64,000 nt of DNA from Ktedonobacterales bacterium (GTDB lineage: Bacteria; Chloroflexota; Ktedonobacteria; Ktedonobacterales; DATBGS01): contig DATBHW010000047.1 of assembly GCA_036557285.1 (NCBI GenBank), positions 37,001 through 101,000 on the forward strand. Direction: 5' to 3'. The translations under genes were made by a program, and so were the position numbers. Positions 19,265 to 29,681 of this stretch are shown in pieces; positions within the stretch are counted from its first letter, which is position 1; each line of letters starts with the position of its first letter. The notes under the pieces are model-generated. The model did no database searches. It was not told where the DNA came from and saw only the letters and a program-made list of their open reading frames with translations.

Positions 19265-20215
19265 ATGTCGCTCTTTAACAAAGAGACGCCGGAACAGCAA
19301 GCCGCACGCGAGGCTGCCGAAGCGCGCGACGCCGCCAGTGTCGCCTCGCTGGAACGCGGCGGGCTGCCCATCCGGGCGCAGGAACGGCTGAGGCAAGAGC
19401 GCGGGCCGGATGGTCGCCCTAAAATCTGGACCAGCGACCTGTCCGTCAGCGAATTGCTCGCCAGCCGCTCGGTCAACTTCGAGCCGATCAGCCAGGTCTT
19501 CGGCTCCTCCATCTACCGCATGGCTTATCAGGTCGGCTCGTGGTCCTATAACAGCACCGGCGAAATCACCTCCTTCTCGCAGGCGCTGTACCACGCCCGC
19601 AGCCTGGCGTTGGGGCGGCTCTTGCAGGAGGCCAGCGCCCTGGGCGCGCATGGCGTCATCGGCGTCCGGCTGGAACACAAAGAATACGAGTGGGGCGCGA
19701 ACCTGCTGGAGTTTAGCGCGCTCGGCACAGCGGTGCGCCTGCGCAACTGGCAGGGCGAACTGCCCCTCCCCTTTACCAGCGACCTTTCCGGCCAGGAGTT
19801 CCTCAAGGTGCTGCACGCGGGCTATGTCCCGGTTACGCTGGCGATGGGCTGTGTCGCCTATTACATCGCCACCACCTGGAACGATGAATATGCCAAACGC
19901 AGTTGGACAAACCAGGAGATGGGAGCCTACACCCAGGGCGTCTATCGCGCCCGCCACCTGGCTTTTTCGCGCATGGCCGACGACGCGCGCCGGGTTCACG
20001 CCGATGGCGTCATCGGCTCCGATATTCACATGAAAGTGAAAGAAGTAACCGCCTATCGCAGAAGACCCTATAGCAACGAATCTGAGGCCATTGAAGATTA
20101 CATTATCGAGTTCTTTGCCTTCGGCACCACTGTCGCCGCCATCAGCGAGCGCCACGAAGTCCCCAGGCCACGTCTGGTCGTTGATCTCGAAGATTATCCC
20201 CCAAGCATCGAATAA
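19265..20215 (+). CDS. Tandem-YbjQ (UPF0145 / putative heavy-metal-binding) domain protein
   Basis: 316 aa. Two internal repeats of the TSDLS..E(F/L)L...G(F/Y).P...V.G....... pattern, each ending in G(V/I)IG(V/S) and F.A(L/F)GTAV, typical of YbjQ_1 domains. Confidence 0.8.
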   Translation: MSLFNKETPEQQAAREAAEARDAASVASLERGGLPIRAQERLRQERGPDGRPKIWTSDLSVSELLASRSVNFEPISQVFGSSIYRMAYQVGSWSYNSTGEITSFSQALYHARSLALGRLLQEASALGAHGVIGVRLEHKEYEWGANLLEFSALGTAVRLRNWQGELPLPFTSDLSGQEFLKVLHAGYVPVTLAMGCVAYYIATTWNDEYAKRSWTNQEMGAYTQGVYRARHLAFSRMADDARRVHADGVIGSDIHMKVKEVTAYRRRPYSNESEAIEDYIIEFFAFGTTVAAISERHEVPRPRLVVDLEDYPPSIE

Positions 20216-20246
20216 GGTACGGGATACGTAACGAAGGAGCAGCACT

Positions 20247-21092
20247 ATGGCAGATGAGGTAGAAATACAGGCAGCGCAGCCCGGCGGTCCAATGGAGGGA
20301 TTGCCCAAGCACGCGCTGGAACGCTTGCAGCGCATGCGCAGCGCCCCTGGTAAGGGCGGCCTCTTTACCAGCGACCTTTCGATCAACGAGTTTCTGCTGG
20401 TCAAGGCAGCGGGCTTCGATCCAGTGGGGCTGGTCGTCGGCTCCAGCATCTATCATATCGGCTATCAATTCGCCAACATGATGCGCAACCAGGAGATGAC
20501 CGTGTTGTCGCAGGCCATGTACCACGCCCGCGAACTGGCGATGACGCGCATGGAGGAAGAGGCCAACACCCTGGGCGCGGATGGCATCGTGGGGGTGCGC
20601 CTGGAAGTGGGCCGCTACGAGTGGGGCCAGCACCTGGCCGAGTTCCTCGCCATTGGCACCGCGGTGCGCAGCCACGACGGCAAAAATCACCGCACCATCA
20701 AGGGCATGCCCTTCACCAGCGACCTGTCCGGCCAGGACTTTTACACGCTCATCCAGGCTGGCTATATGCCCGTCGGCCTCGTGATGGGATCATGCGTCTA
20801 TCACGTCGCGCATCAGGGGCTGGGCCAGTGGTTCAAGACGGTGGGCAACAACGTCGAGATGACCAACTACACCCAGGCGCTCTACGACGCCCGCGAACTG
20901 GCAATGGAGCGCATGCAGGCCGAGGCCACCGCGCTGCGCGCCGAAGGCATCGTGGGCGCGCAGATTCACGAAAAGTCACACGGCTGGGGTAGCCATGTCA
21001 TTGAATACTTCGCCGTCGGTACCGGCGTCATCCAGACCCGCGCCGATCACATCATCGCGCCACCGCAGCTCGTCCTCAGCCTGGACGATTAA
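20247..21092 (+). CDS. Tandem-YbjQ (UPF0145) domain protein, paralog of the upstream gene
   Basis: 281 aa. Same two-domain layout (FTSDLSINEFLL..., FTSDLSGQDFYTL...). GAAGGAG RBS. 31-bp gap to the upstream paralog. Confidence 0.8.
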   Translation: MADEVEIQAAQPGGPMEGLPKHALERLQRMRSAPGKGGLFTSDLSINEFLLVKAAGFDPVGLVVGSSIYHIGYQFANMMRNQEMTVLSQAMYHARELAMTRMEEEANTLGADGIVGVRLEVGRYEWGQHLAEFLAIGTAVRSHDGKNHRTIKGMPFTSDLSGQDFYTLIQAGYMPVGLVMGSCVYHVAHQGLGQWFKTVGNNVEMTNYTQALYDARELAMERMQAEATALRAEGIVGAQIHEKSHGWGSHVIEYFAVGTGVIQTRADHIIAPPQLVLSLDD

Positions 21093-21133
21093 CGAAGGCG
21101 GACCCCTGGCATACACCCTGAAGGGAGCAACAA

Positions 21134-21808
21134 ATGACCGCATCTACCGCTCCTGATCTGAAAGATCAGCTTGTTCAGGCAGCACGCCTGCTCTTCCAAA
21201 CGGGGGTCATGTCGCACAGCGGGCATGGCAACATGAGCGCGCGCTTGCCAGGAACCGAGCAGATGCTGCTCACCTCGGGAGGCACGATTGCCCAGTTGAC
21301 AGCGGAAGAGTTGGCGGTTGTCTCCTTCGATGGCGACGTGGTGGAAGGCGCGCTGCTTCCGGTCACGCGCGAGATCGTTGCCATGCACGCTGGCATTTAC
21401 CGCGAGCGCCCCGATGCGCTCGCGGTCATCCACACCCATTCGCCCCATGTCACCAGCTTTGCTCTGGCGGCCAAACCGCTGCCCTGCGCCTACGAAGCGA
21501 TGCTGCGCTTCGGCATTACCGAAGATATTCCGGTGGCCGACTGGGCGCCCAGGGGATCGCCTGAATCCGTCGCCAACATTGCCGAGCAGCTTCGGCGCCA
21601 CCCAACCGTCTCAGCAGTGCTGCTCGCCAATCATGGCCTGCTGGCATTCAGCCGCGATCCCCTCGCGGCGGCGCAGCTCGTGGTGGTCATGGAAGAGGCG
21701 GCAGAAATGACCCTGCGCGCCCGCGCGCTTGGCGGCGAACATCCCTTTCCTGCCGACGCGCTGGATCAGGAACGGCAGCACATGCAGCGTTTCGGCTCGG
21801 CGCGCTAA
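21134..21808 (+). CDS. Class II aldolase/adducin family protein
   Basis: 224 aa. GHGNMSAR, IHTHSPH, and LLANHGLLAF motifs of the class II aldolase fold. GAAGGGAG RBS. Confidence 0.85.
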   Translation: MTASTAPDLKDQLVQAARLLFQTGVMSHSGHGNMSARLPGTEQMLLTSGGTIAQLTAEELAVVSFDGDVVEGALLPVTREIVAMHAGIYRERPDALAVIHTHSPHVTSFALAAKPLPCAYEAMLRFGITEDIPVADWAPRGSPESVANIAEQLRRHPTVSAVLLANHGLLAFSRDPLAAAQLVVVMEEAAEMTLRARALGGEHPFPADALDQERQHMQRFGSAR

Positions 21809-21964
21809 TAAATCAGCCCCCCTGCTGCCTGACGCCTCGTTTGGTCTCAGTATTGCTGACGAACAAAGCTGGCAAATGAGAAGCAATTCCGGCATCCTGT
21901 CAGGTTTTTGCCTTTTTGGTGGTCATAGCTTCAGAGAAGCTTCTTAACGGAGAGTGGTGAGCCG

Positions 21965-22582
21965 ATGCCGTCTTACCGGACATGGGAGACCTCTTCATCT
22001 ACATCAGGCGTCTCATCTGAAGAGAGCCGCCTTGTGGCGCGCGCCCAGGGTGGAAATCAGGCTGCCTTTGAGGCCCTCTATGAACACTATAATAACCAGA
22101 TTTGTCGCTACTTAATCCGCATGGTCGGCAACGACGGCGTTGGCTGCGAACTGGCGCAGGAAACCTTCTTGAAGGCATGGGAAGCCCTGCCCGGCTTGCG
22201 CGAGCCAGCCCGTTTTGCAAGCTGGCTCTATCGTATCGCCACCAACTGCGCCTATACCTATCAACACCGCGCCGGGCGGCTGCACCTTGTCTCCTGGGAT
22301 GTGTACGAAAGCGGCGGCGAAGAATTGAGTGTCGCCGGGCCAGAGAAACGAGTTGAGGAAACGGAACTGCTCAAACTCGCCCTGGCGCGCGTCTCGCCAA
22401 CCTATCGCCCATGCCTCATCTTATACGTCGTCGAAGACCTGCCACAACGCAAGATCGCTGACCTGCTGAAGATAAAGGAATCATCCGTGAGCAAATATGT
22501 CAGCCGGGGAAAAGAGGAACTGCGCCAGATCTATCATCGCCTGCTGAGAGAGCAGCTTACCCCCGCGAAAGGAGGGCGGTAA
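21965..22582 (+). CDS. ECF-type RNA polymerase sigma factor
   Basis: 205 aa. Region 2 (AQETFLKAWEAL, WLYRIATNCAYTY) and region 4 (LPQRKIADLLKIKESSVSKYVSRGK). Confidence 0.9.
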   Translation: MPSYRTWETSSSTSGVSSEESRLVARAQGGNQAAFEALYEHYNNQICRYLIRMVGNDGVGCELAQETFLKAWEALPGLREPARFASWLYRIATNCAYTYQHRAGRLHLVSWDVYESGGEELSVAGPEKRVEETELLKLALARVSPTYRPCLILYVVEDLPQRKIADLLKIKESSVSKYVSRGKEELRQIYHRLLREQLTPAKGGR

Positions 22583-22587
22583 GCGCC

Positions 22588-23913
22588 ATGCTCCACCAGC
22601 CTCCCTGCATAGACTGGGCAGAAAAACTGACCCTCAGATACGAAGACCTGACGCCCGACGATCAAGTCGCCCTGGATGCCCATATCAAAAGCTGTTCCGT
22701 ATGCCAGGCAGCCCAGGCCGACTATCATTTTCTTGACGCGCGCCTGCGCGCCTTACCACCCCCTGGCATCAAGCCGTTTCCGCGCCTTTCCTTTCCCGCC
22801 TCTCTGAAACAGGAAGCGAACGAAGCGGGCAGCCGCGTATTGCCTGCGCGCCAATCTTCCAGCGCCCGACAACACGCCCTGCACACCGGCCCGTTTATCG
22901 CCTTCATCAAAAGAGCCGGAACAGGCGCTTTGATCGCCAGCCTCGTGCTGACCCTGCTGATCCTGTTCAGCGGGCGCGGCGTCTTCAACCCCGCCGACGC
23001 CTATCCGCTGGGAGCTACGCTCTTCAGCTATCAACGACATACCTTTTTTGTCACTGCCGTCGCCTGGTCGCCTGATGGCCGCTATCTCGCCTCCGGCAGT
23101 TGGGACCACAGCGTCCAGGTCTGGAACGCCCGGACCGGCGCGCTCGTCTTTTCCTACCAGCAGAATGACAACGTGGATGCCCTTGCCTGGTCGCCCGATA
23201 GCCGCTATCTCGCCTCTGGCAGTTGGGATTTCAGCATCGAGGTGTGGAACATCGCAGAGCAGCGTCTCACCCAGGTGTATCAGGGGCATAACGGCATCGT
23301 CTCCGCCCTGGCCTGGTCGCCTGATGGTCGCTATCTCGCCTCTGGTAGTTGGGATGACACCATGCAGGTCTGGGATGCCAGAACGGGCGCCACCCTTTTT
23401 ACCTATCAGTATAACGAGATCGTGGATACGGTGGCCTGGTCGCCCGATGGCCGCTATCTGGCTGTCGGCGGGAGAGATGATTACGTCCATATCTTGAGCG
23501 CCCAAAGACCCTGGCCCCAACTTTACGTCTACGCAGGCTATCCCTACCAATGCGCTGAATGCGTGGTAAATGCCGTGGCCTGGTCGCCAGACAGCCGCTA
23601 TATCGCCTCTGGAGATAGGGCTGGCATCGTGCAGGTCTGGGACACGACAACCGGACGGCCTGTTATCACCTATAAAGGCCATACCGCTGACGTGTACGCG
23701 TTGGCCTGGTCGCCTGATGGCCGCTATATCGCTTCCGGCAGTGTAGACCGCACAGTCCAGGTCTGGCAGGCCATGACGGGCCTCTTGCTCGTCACCCACA
23801 CCGGCCACAGCCAGACTGTCGCTGCCGTCGCCTGGTCGCCTGATGGCCGCTATATCGCTTCTGGCAGTTGGGACAACACCGTACAGGTATGGCAGGCAAC
23901 CTACGATGGGTGA
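22588..23913 (+). CDS. Anti-sigma factor (zf-HC2) fused to an extracytoplasmic WD40 beta-propeller
   Basis: 441 aa. HIKSCSVCQAAQADYHFL zinc-finger motif, TM ALIASLVLTLLILFSG, then about 7 repeats of AWSPDGRY(L/I)ASGSWD...VQVW. Starts 6 nt after the sigma gene stop. Confidence 0.85.
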   Translation: MLHQPPCIDWAEKLTLRYEDLTPDDQVALDAHIKSCSVCQAAQADYHFLDARLRALPPPGIKPFPRLSFPASLKQEANEAGSRVLPARQSSSARQHALHTGPFIAFIKRAGTGALIASLVLTLLILFSGRGVFNPADAYPLGATLFSYQRHTFFVTAVAWSPDGRYLASGSWDHSVQVWNARTGALVFSYQQNDNVDALAWSPDSRYLASGSWDFSIEVWNIAEQRLTQVYQGHNGIVSALAWSPDGRYLASGSWDDTMQVWDARTGATLFTYQYNEIVDTVAWSPDGRYLAVGGRDDYVHILSAQRPWPQLYVYAGYPYQCAECVVNAVAWSPDSRYIASGDRAGIVQVWDTTTGRPVITYKGHTADVYALAWSPDGRYIASGSVDRTVQVWQAMTGLLLVTHTGHSQTVAAVAWSPDGRYIASGSWDNTVQVWQATYDG

Positions 23914-23984
23914 GCATGAAGCAAGAAAGGAGGGGTGAGATAGCTGTTATTTTTGTAGGCAAACCCCATCTTCTGTGTGTAGCG

Positions 23985-24258
23985 TGAACACATTCAGGAA
24001 GGTAGCGCACTCCTGAACGAGTCGGCTGACTGGGCAGCCGGAACCAAAGCCGCGAGACCCTTAAAACGCTGGCTGAAAGAGCCGCAACAGGGGTTCGCCC
24101 CTGCGGGTGCGTTCACACCCGATGAATCCATCTTTGGGACTCTGATTCGGAACCGTCCGGTCCCTTGCCCGGCTAGGGCCACACACTCAGGTGTGCTGAG
24201 TGCGGTGTGTTGCAGGAGGCTGTCTGGTCGTAAGACCACTGAGGTCTATCAGGCAGGC
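23985..24258 (+). ncRNA. Candidate structured RNA of unknown class (independent sRNA or 5' leader)
   Basis: Non-coding gap with at least 9 local hairpins. Examples: TTCAGGA/TCCTGAA (23993-24017), CGGCTG/CAGCCG (24023-24040), CAGGGG-UUCG-CCCCUG (24088-24103) directly stacked on CGGGTG/CACCCG (24104-24121), and TGGTC-GUAA-GACCA (24225-24238). The tetraloop identities fit the + strand. Confidence 0.45.
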
Positions 24259-24305
24259 AAGTGCAAGAATCAACATGTATAATACATTTTGAAAGGCAGG
24301 GTATT

Positions 24306-25685
24306 ATGCCAATCTATGAGCGCCAGCAGCGCGAAGAGCTGGATCAGTTAGTGGAGGGCTACACCAACGGCAGCCTCAGCCGCCGCGCCTTCTTGCAGCG
24401 GGCTACCGCGCTGGGCCTCTCGCTGAGCTTTGCTGGCTCGATCCTGGCCGCCTGCGGCCCCAGCTCCAGTCCTTCCAATCCCACATCGGTGGATGTCCTC
24501 AACGTCTGGAGCGGCCCGGAGCAGGAGTCATTCAAGGCGGTGGTCAAGCCCTTTACCGATCAATCTGGCATTACCGTCAAACTTGAGTCCACGCGCGACC
24601 TGAACGCCACGCTGACTACCCGCATTCAGGGCCGCAACCCGCCCGACATTGCCATCCTGCCCAACCCCGGCAAGATGCAGCAGTTAGCGGCTCAGGGCCA
24701 TCTCATCTCCCTGGACAACTTCCTGGACATGGGCCAGATTCAGAGCCAGTATTCCCAAGGCTGGATTGACCTGGGCAGCTACAACAACAAGCTCTACGCC
24801 CTGTTCTACAAGGCCGCGAACAAAGGCACCGTCTGGTACAGCCCCAAGCAGTTCCAGGCCAACAATTATCAGATTCCCAAGACCTGGGACGAGATGATCG
24901 CTCTCTCCGATTCGATTGCCACCAGCGGTAAGTTCCCCTGGGCAATGGGCGTCTCCAGCGGCTCGGCCAGCGGCTGGCCCGCCACCGACTGGATCGCGGA
25001 GATTTATCTGAACACCAGCGGCCCGGACCTGTACGACCAGTGGGTCGCCCACAAGATTAGCTGGACCGACGACTCCATCAAGAACGCCTGGAAGATGTTC
25101 GGGCAGATCGCCGGCGGCAAGCACTACATCAACGGCGCGCCGCAGTCCATTCTGGCGACTGGCTTCCAGGAGGCCAGCTATAAGCCGTTCGATACGCCGC
25201 CCACCGCCTACATGTATTACCTGGGCGACTTCACCGAAACCTTCATCAAAGACCAGTTCAAGGACAAGGTAGTGGCCGGAACGGATTTCGACTTCTTCCC
25301 CTTCCCCACCATCAACCAGCAGTTTGCCAACTCGCTGACCGGCGGCGCCGATGTCGTCACGGCGCTGACCAATAACAGCGCCGTCAAACAACTGGTCCAG
25401 TACATGGCAACCCCCGCCGCCCAGGCCATCTGGGTCAAGCGCGGCGGCTTCACCGCCACCAACAAATCGGTGGACGCCAGTTCCTATCCCGATCAGGTAG
25501 CCGCGAAGTCGGCAAGCTCGCTGGCCTCGGCGGCCCACTTCCGCTTTGGCGCGGGCGATCTGATGCCATCTCAGGTACAGAACGCCTTCTGGGCGGGCGT
25601 TCTCAAGTTCATCGGCGACCAGAGCCAGCTTGACAGCGTCCTGGGCGAGATTGAAGGCATTGCGCAACAGGCGTATACTGGCTAG
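24306..25685 (+). CDS. ABC transporter substrate-binding lipoprotein (sugar/family-1 type)
   Basis: Twin-arginine-like signal SRRAFLQRATALGLSL followed by lipobox LAAC. Length and composition fit family-1 sugar-binding proteins. Start at the internal ATG with a GAAAGG RBS; the track ORF starts at 24261. Confidence 0.85.
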   Translation: MPIYERQQREELDQLVEGYTNGSLSRRAFLQRATALGLSLSFAGSILAACGPSSSPSNPTSVDVLNVWSGPEQESFKAVVKPFTDQSGITVKLESTRDLNATLTTRIQGRNPPDIAILPNPGKMQQLAAQGHLISLDNFLDMGQIQSQYSQGWIDLGSYNNKLYALFYKAANKGTVWYSPKQFQANNYQIPKTWDEMIALSDSIATSGKFPWAMGVSSGSASGWPATDWIAEIYLNTSGPDLYDQWVAHKISWTDDSIKNAWKMFGQIAGGKHYINGAPQSILATGFQEASYKPFDTPPTAYMYYLGDFTETFIKDQFKDKVVAGTDFDFFPFPTINQQFANSLTGGADVVTALTNNSAVKQLVQYMATPAAQAIWVKRGGFTATNKSVDASSYPDQVAAKSASSLASAAHFRFGAGDLMPSQVQNAFWAGVLKFIGDQSQLDSVLGEIEGIAQQAYTG

Positions 25686-25724
25686 TAATCCATAGTTTCC
25701 CAGACAAGTGGTTTGGATGTGTCT

Positions 25725-25766
25725 CCAGGAGCCGGAGGCGTCGCGCAGACGCCCTCCGGCTCCTGG
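25725..25766 (+). promoter_or_regulatory. Long GC-rich intercistronic stem-loop between the binding-protein and permease genes
   Basis: CCAGGAGCCGGAGGCGTC-GCGCA-GACGCCCTCCGGCTCCTGG, an about 18-bp near-perfect stem with no U tract after it. Confidence 0.6.
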
Positions 25767-25789
25767 CTGGCTCACAAAAGGAGCAAGCT

Positions 25790-26728
25790 ATGGCCGTAGC
25801 AGTCCCTCAGCCCGCCGCGCCGCCTGCGCAGAAAAGCGGCAGAAAACCCATCGCCAGGCAGGATAAGTTCATCGCCTGGTTTTGGATCGCCCCGGCGGTC
25901 GTGTTTGCCGCTATCTTTCTGGTCTACCCGGTGATCAACACCATCATAACCAGCTTCCAGGACGCCAACTCTATTAATTACGTCGGCTTCCAAAACTACC
26001 AACGCATCTTCACCAATTCCGTCCTGCTGAGCGTGGTACGCAATAACCTGCTGTGGCTGGTGCTGGCGACGGCAGGCACCGTGTTCCTGGGGCTGATCAT
26101 CGCGGTGCTGGTGGATCGAGTGCGCATCGAAAGCTTTGCCAAATCCACCATCTTCATCCCTATGGCGCTCTCCATGACCGCCGCCGCTGTCATCTGGCGC
26201 TTCGTCTACGCCTATGCCGCGCCTGGGGAAAAGCAGATTGGTCTGCTCAACGCCATCTGGACCTCCTTTGGCGCGCAGCCCCAGGCATGGACAAATGACC
26301 CCAAGAACCTCTTGCTCAACAACGTCCTGCTCATCGTCGCCTACGTCTGGATGTGGACCGGCTTCTGCATGGTCATCCTCTCGGCAGCCCTCAAGGGCAT
26401 CCCCACCGAAATCTTAGAGGCTGCCCGCGTTGATGGAGCCAGCGAACTCTCCATCTTCTTTCGCATCACCATGCCAATGATCAGCCCCACCATCGCTGTC
26501 GTGGCGACCACCATGCTCATCAACGTCCTCAAAATCTTCGACATCGTATACGTCATGACAGGCGGAACCGCTGGCACCAACGTCGTTGCCGTCAGCTACT
26601 ACCAGCAGTTCTTCGACTTCAGCAACTTTGGCGTCGGCAGCGCGCTCGCCGTCGTGCTGCTCGTTGCGATCATTCCCATCATGATCTTCAACATTCGGCG
26701 CTTCCGCATTCAGGAGGCCCAGCGATGA
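25790..26728 (+). CDS. ABC sugar transporter permease (MalF/UgpA-like)
   Basis: 312 aa, 6 predicted TM helices. EAA-loop region LEAARVDGASELSIFFRITMPMISP. AAAGGAG RBS. Confidence 0.9.
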   Translation: MAVAVPQPAAPPAQKSGRKPIARQDKFIAWFWIAPAVVFAAIFLVYPVINTIITSFQDANSINYVGFQNYQRIFTNSVLLSVVRNNLLWLVLATAGTVFLGLIIAVLVDRVRIESFAKSTIFIPMALSMTAAAVIWRFVYAYAAPGEKQIGLLNAIWTSFGAQPQAWTNDPKNLLLNNVLLIVAYVWMWTGFCMVILSAALKGIPTEILEAARVDGASELSIFFRITMPMISPTIAVVATTMLINVLKIFDIVYVMTGGTAGTNVVAVSYYQQFFDFSNFGVGSALAVVLLVAIIPIMIFNIRRFRIQEAQR

Positions 26729-27693
26729 GAACAACACCACAGACATCCTCTGGCGCCGACTCCAGCGCCGAACTGGCTTTACGGCCCTCTGGCGCAGCCC
26801 TGGCCGTTGGGCAGCGCCGCTCCCTGGGCGGCCACCTGGCCCATGCCTTCAGCGGCAGCGCCCTGACCATCATCGTCGTCCTGATCGCGCTGCTCTGGTC
26901 GGTGCCGACCATCGGCCTGCTCATCAGTTCGTTCCGCCCCCCAGCAGATATTCACAGCAGCGGCTGGTGGACTGGCCTGTTCCCCCCCTGGCACTTCACC
27001 ATCGAAAACTATCAAAACGTGCTGCAATCGCAGGGCCTGGGAACCGCCTTTGTCAACAGCCTGTTTATCGCCATCCCTGGCACGATCCTGCCCGTCTTGA
27101 TCGCTGCCTTCGCGGCCTACGCCTTCGCCTGGATGAAGTTTCCGGGGCGCGATTGGATCTTTCTCATCATCGTCGCTCTGCTGATCGTACCGGCTCAGAC
27201 TATCCTGATCCCCATCCTCAATCTGCTCGCCAGCCTCACCGATTCTACGGGCGTGAAACTGACAGGCAACTATATAAGCGTCTGGCTGGTGCATACCGCG
27301 CTGGGGCTGCCGTTCGCCATCTATCTGCTGCGCAGCTTTTTCAGCGCCTTGCCCGGCGATCTGTTTGAGTCTGCCGCCATAGATGGCGCGTCACACATAC
27401 GCGTCTTCTTCTCGATTCTCATGCCACTCTCAGTCCCATCGCTGGCGTCGCTGGTCATCTTCCAGTTCATGTGGGTCTGGAACGACCTGCTCGTCGCGCA
27501 GATTTTCCTGGGCGGCAACCCGGACAGAGCGCCAATGACCGTGACTATTTCCAATCTGGTCAACAGCTTCGGCACCAACTACGAAGTGTTGACCTCCGCC
27601 GCCTTCCTCTCGATGGCCTTGCCCCTGGCGATCTTCTTTGGCTTGCAACGCTATTTCGTGCGCGGTATTCTGGCCGGTTCGGTCAAGGGATAA
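26725..27693 (+). CDS. ABC sugar transporter permease (MalG/UgpE-like)
   Basis: 322 aa. EAA-loop FESAAIDGASHIRVFFSILMPLSVP. ATGA overlap with the upstream permease. Confidence 0.9.
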   Translation: MRTTPQTSSGADSSAELALRPSGAALAVGQRRSLGGHLAHAFSGSALTIIVVLIALLWSVPTIGLLISSFRPPADIHSSGWWTGLFPPWHFTIENYQNVLQSQGLGTAFVNSLFIAIPGTILPVLIAAFAAYAFAWMKFPGRDWIFLIIVALLIVPAQTILIPILNLLASLTDSTGVKLTGNYISVWLVHTALGLPFAIYLLRSFFSALPGDLFESAAIDGASHIRVFFSILMPLSVPSLASLVIFQFMWVWNDLLVAQIFLGGNPDRAPMTVTISNLVNSFGTNYEVLTSAAFLSMALPLAIFFGLQRYFVRGILAGSVKG

Positions 27694-27734
27694 AGGTCAA
27701 GGGATCAAGTCAAGGGACTTAATAAGGAGGACTC

Positions 27735-29003
<1,269 letters not shown>

Positions 29004-29009
29004 AGCGCG

Positions 29010-29270
29010 CTGAATACCACTTGCAGCGCCGCCACTTGTAGCGCCGCCATCTTGGCGGCTCAACGCTGGCCTGCTGGTCCGTCGGCCTGGAGGGCGCACG
29101 CCACTTGTAGCGCCGCCATCTTGGCGGCTCAACGCTGGCCTGCTGGTCCGTCGGCCTGGAGGGCGAGCGTTCGCCCTGGCGAACTGCTGGCCGCCAGGGA
29201 CGGCGGCGGTACAGGCCCCGCAGCCCCCTGCCGCCAAGATGGCGGCGCTACAAGTGGTAGCCGCAACCAT
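29010..29270. repeat. Family-A repeat cluster with tandem 69-bp modules
   Basis: Module starts CCACTTGTAGCGCC at 29032 and 29101, exactly 69 bp apart. The cluster closes with GCCGCCAGGGACGGCGGCGGTACAGG and GCCGCCAAGATGGCGGCGCTACAAGTGG. Confidence 0.9.
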
Positions 29271-29330
29271 GCGAGCGGCGCAGCCCCTAGCCGCGATTGT
29301 AATCGCCAGGGCGGGGCGCGCCGCGCCGCC

Positions 29331-29681
29331 CTACTTCTTGAGCAGCGGCAGCCCGTTGCTGTCTGTGAAACTGCCGGTAATGATCGTCACCAGATCAATG
29401 ATCGTCCAGACACCGCAGCCGCCGATGGTCAGCAGCATAGCGACACCTGTGCCGGTCTTCCCCACGTAGAAACGGTGAACACCAAAAGAACCGACAAACA
29501 GGCAGAGCAGCAGGGTGGTCAACCAATCCTTCTGCATTCCCGCGTACTGCATCGGCACACCCGGCTGCTGATAGCCTGCCTGGGGCGGATAGGGCTGCTG
29601 GTAGGGTTGCGACGGCTGCTGGTAGGGCTGCGATGGCTGCTGATAAGGCCCCGACGGCTGTTGGTAGGGCGGTTGCTGCAT
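29331..29681 (-). CDS. TM2 domain-containing membrane protein with P/Q/Y-rich N-terminus
   Basis: 116 aa. [36 protein letters not shown] matches the TM2 domain pattern. AAGGAG RBS. Confidence 0.85.
   Translation of the reverse strand: MQQPPYQQPSGPYQQPSQPYQQPSQPYQQPYPPQAGYQQPGVPMQYAGMQKDWLTTLLLCLFVGSFGVHRFYVGKTGTGVAMLLTIGGCGVWTIIDLVTIITGSFTDSNGLPLLKK

Noticed and set aside
21809-21964. Rho-independent terminator after the aldolase gene (T-runs at about 21905-21920) and an ECF-type promoter for the sigma gene
   Set aside because: The T-runs are not preceded by a convincing stem. I found no GGAAC-N16-17-CGTC-like ECF promoter. Only a small AGCTTC-AGA-GAAGCT palindrome is present, which is too weak to call.
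23985-24258. Assignment of the structured RNA candidate to RNase P RNA, SRP RNA, tmRNA, 6S RNA, or the cobalamin, c-di-GMP or ydaO riboswitches
   Set aside because: The signature sequences are absent: GAGGAAAGUCC / ACAGAA for RNase P, GGUCCGGAAGGAAGCAGC for SRP, a tRNA-like CCA end for tmRNA, and the B12 box. There is only a weak resemblance to ydaO (GAUGAAUCC, CGGAACCGUCC). I left it unclassified.
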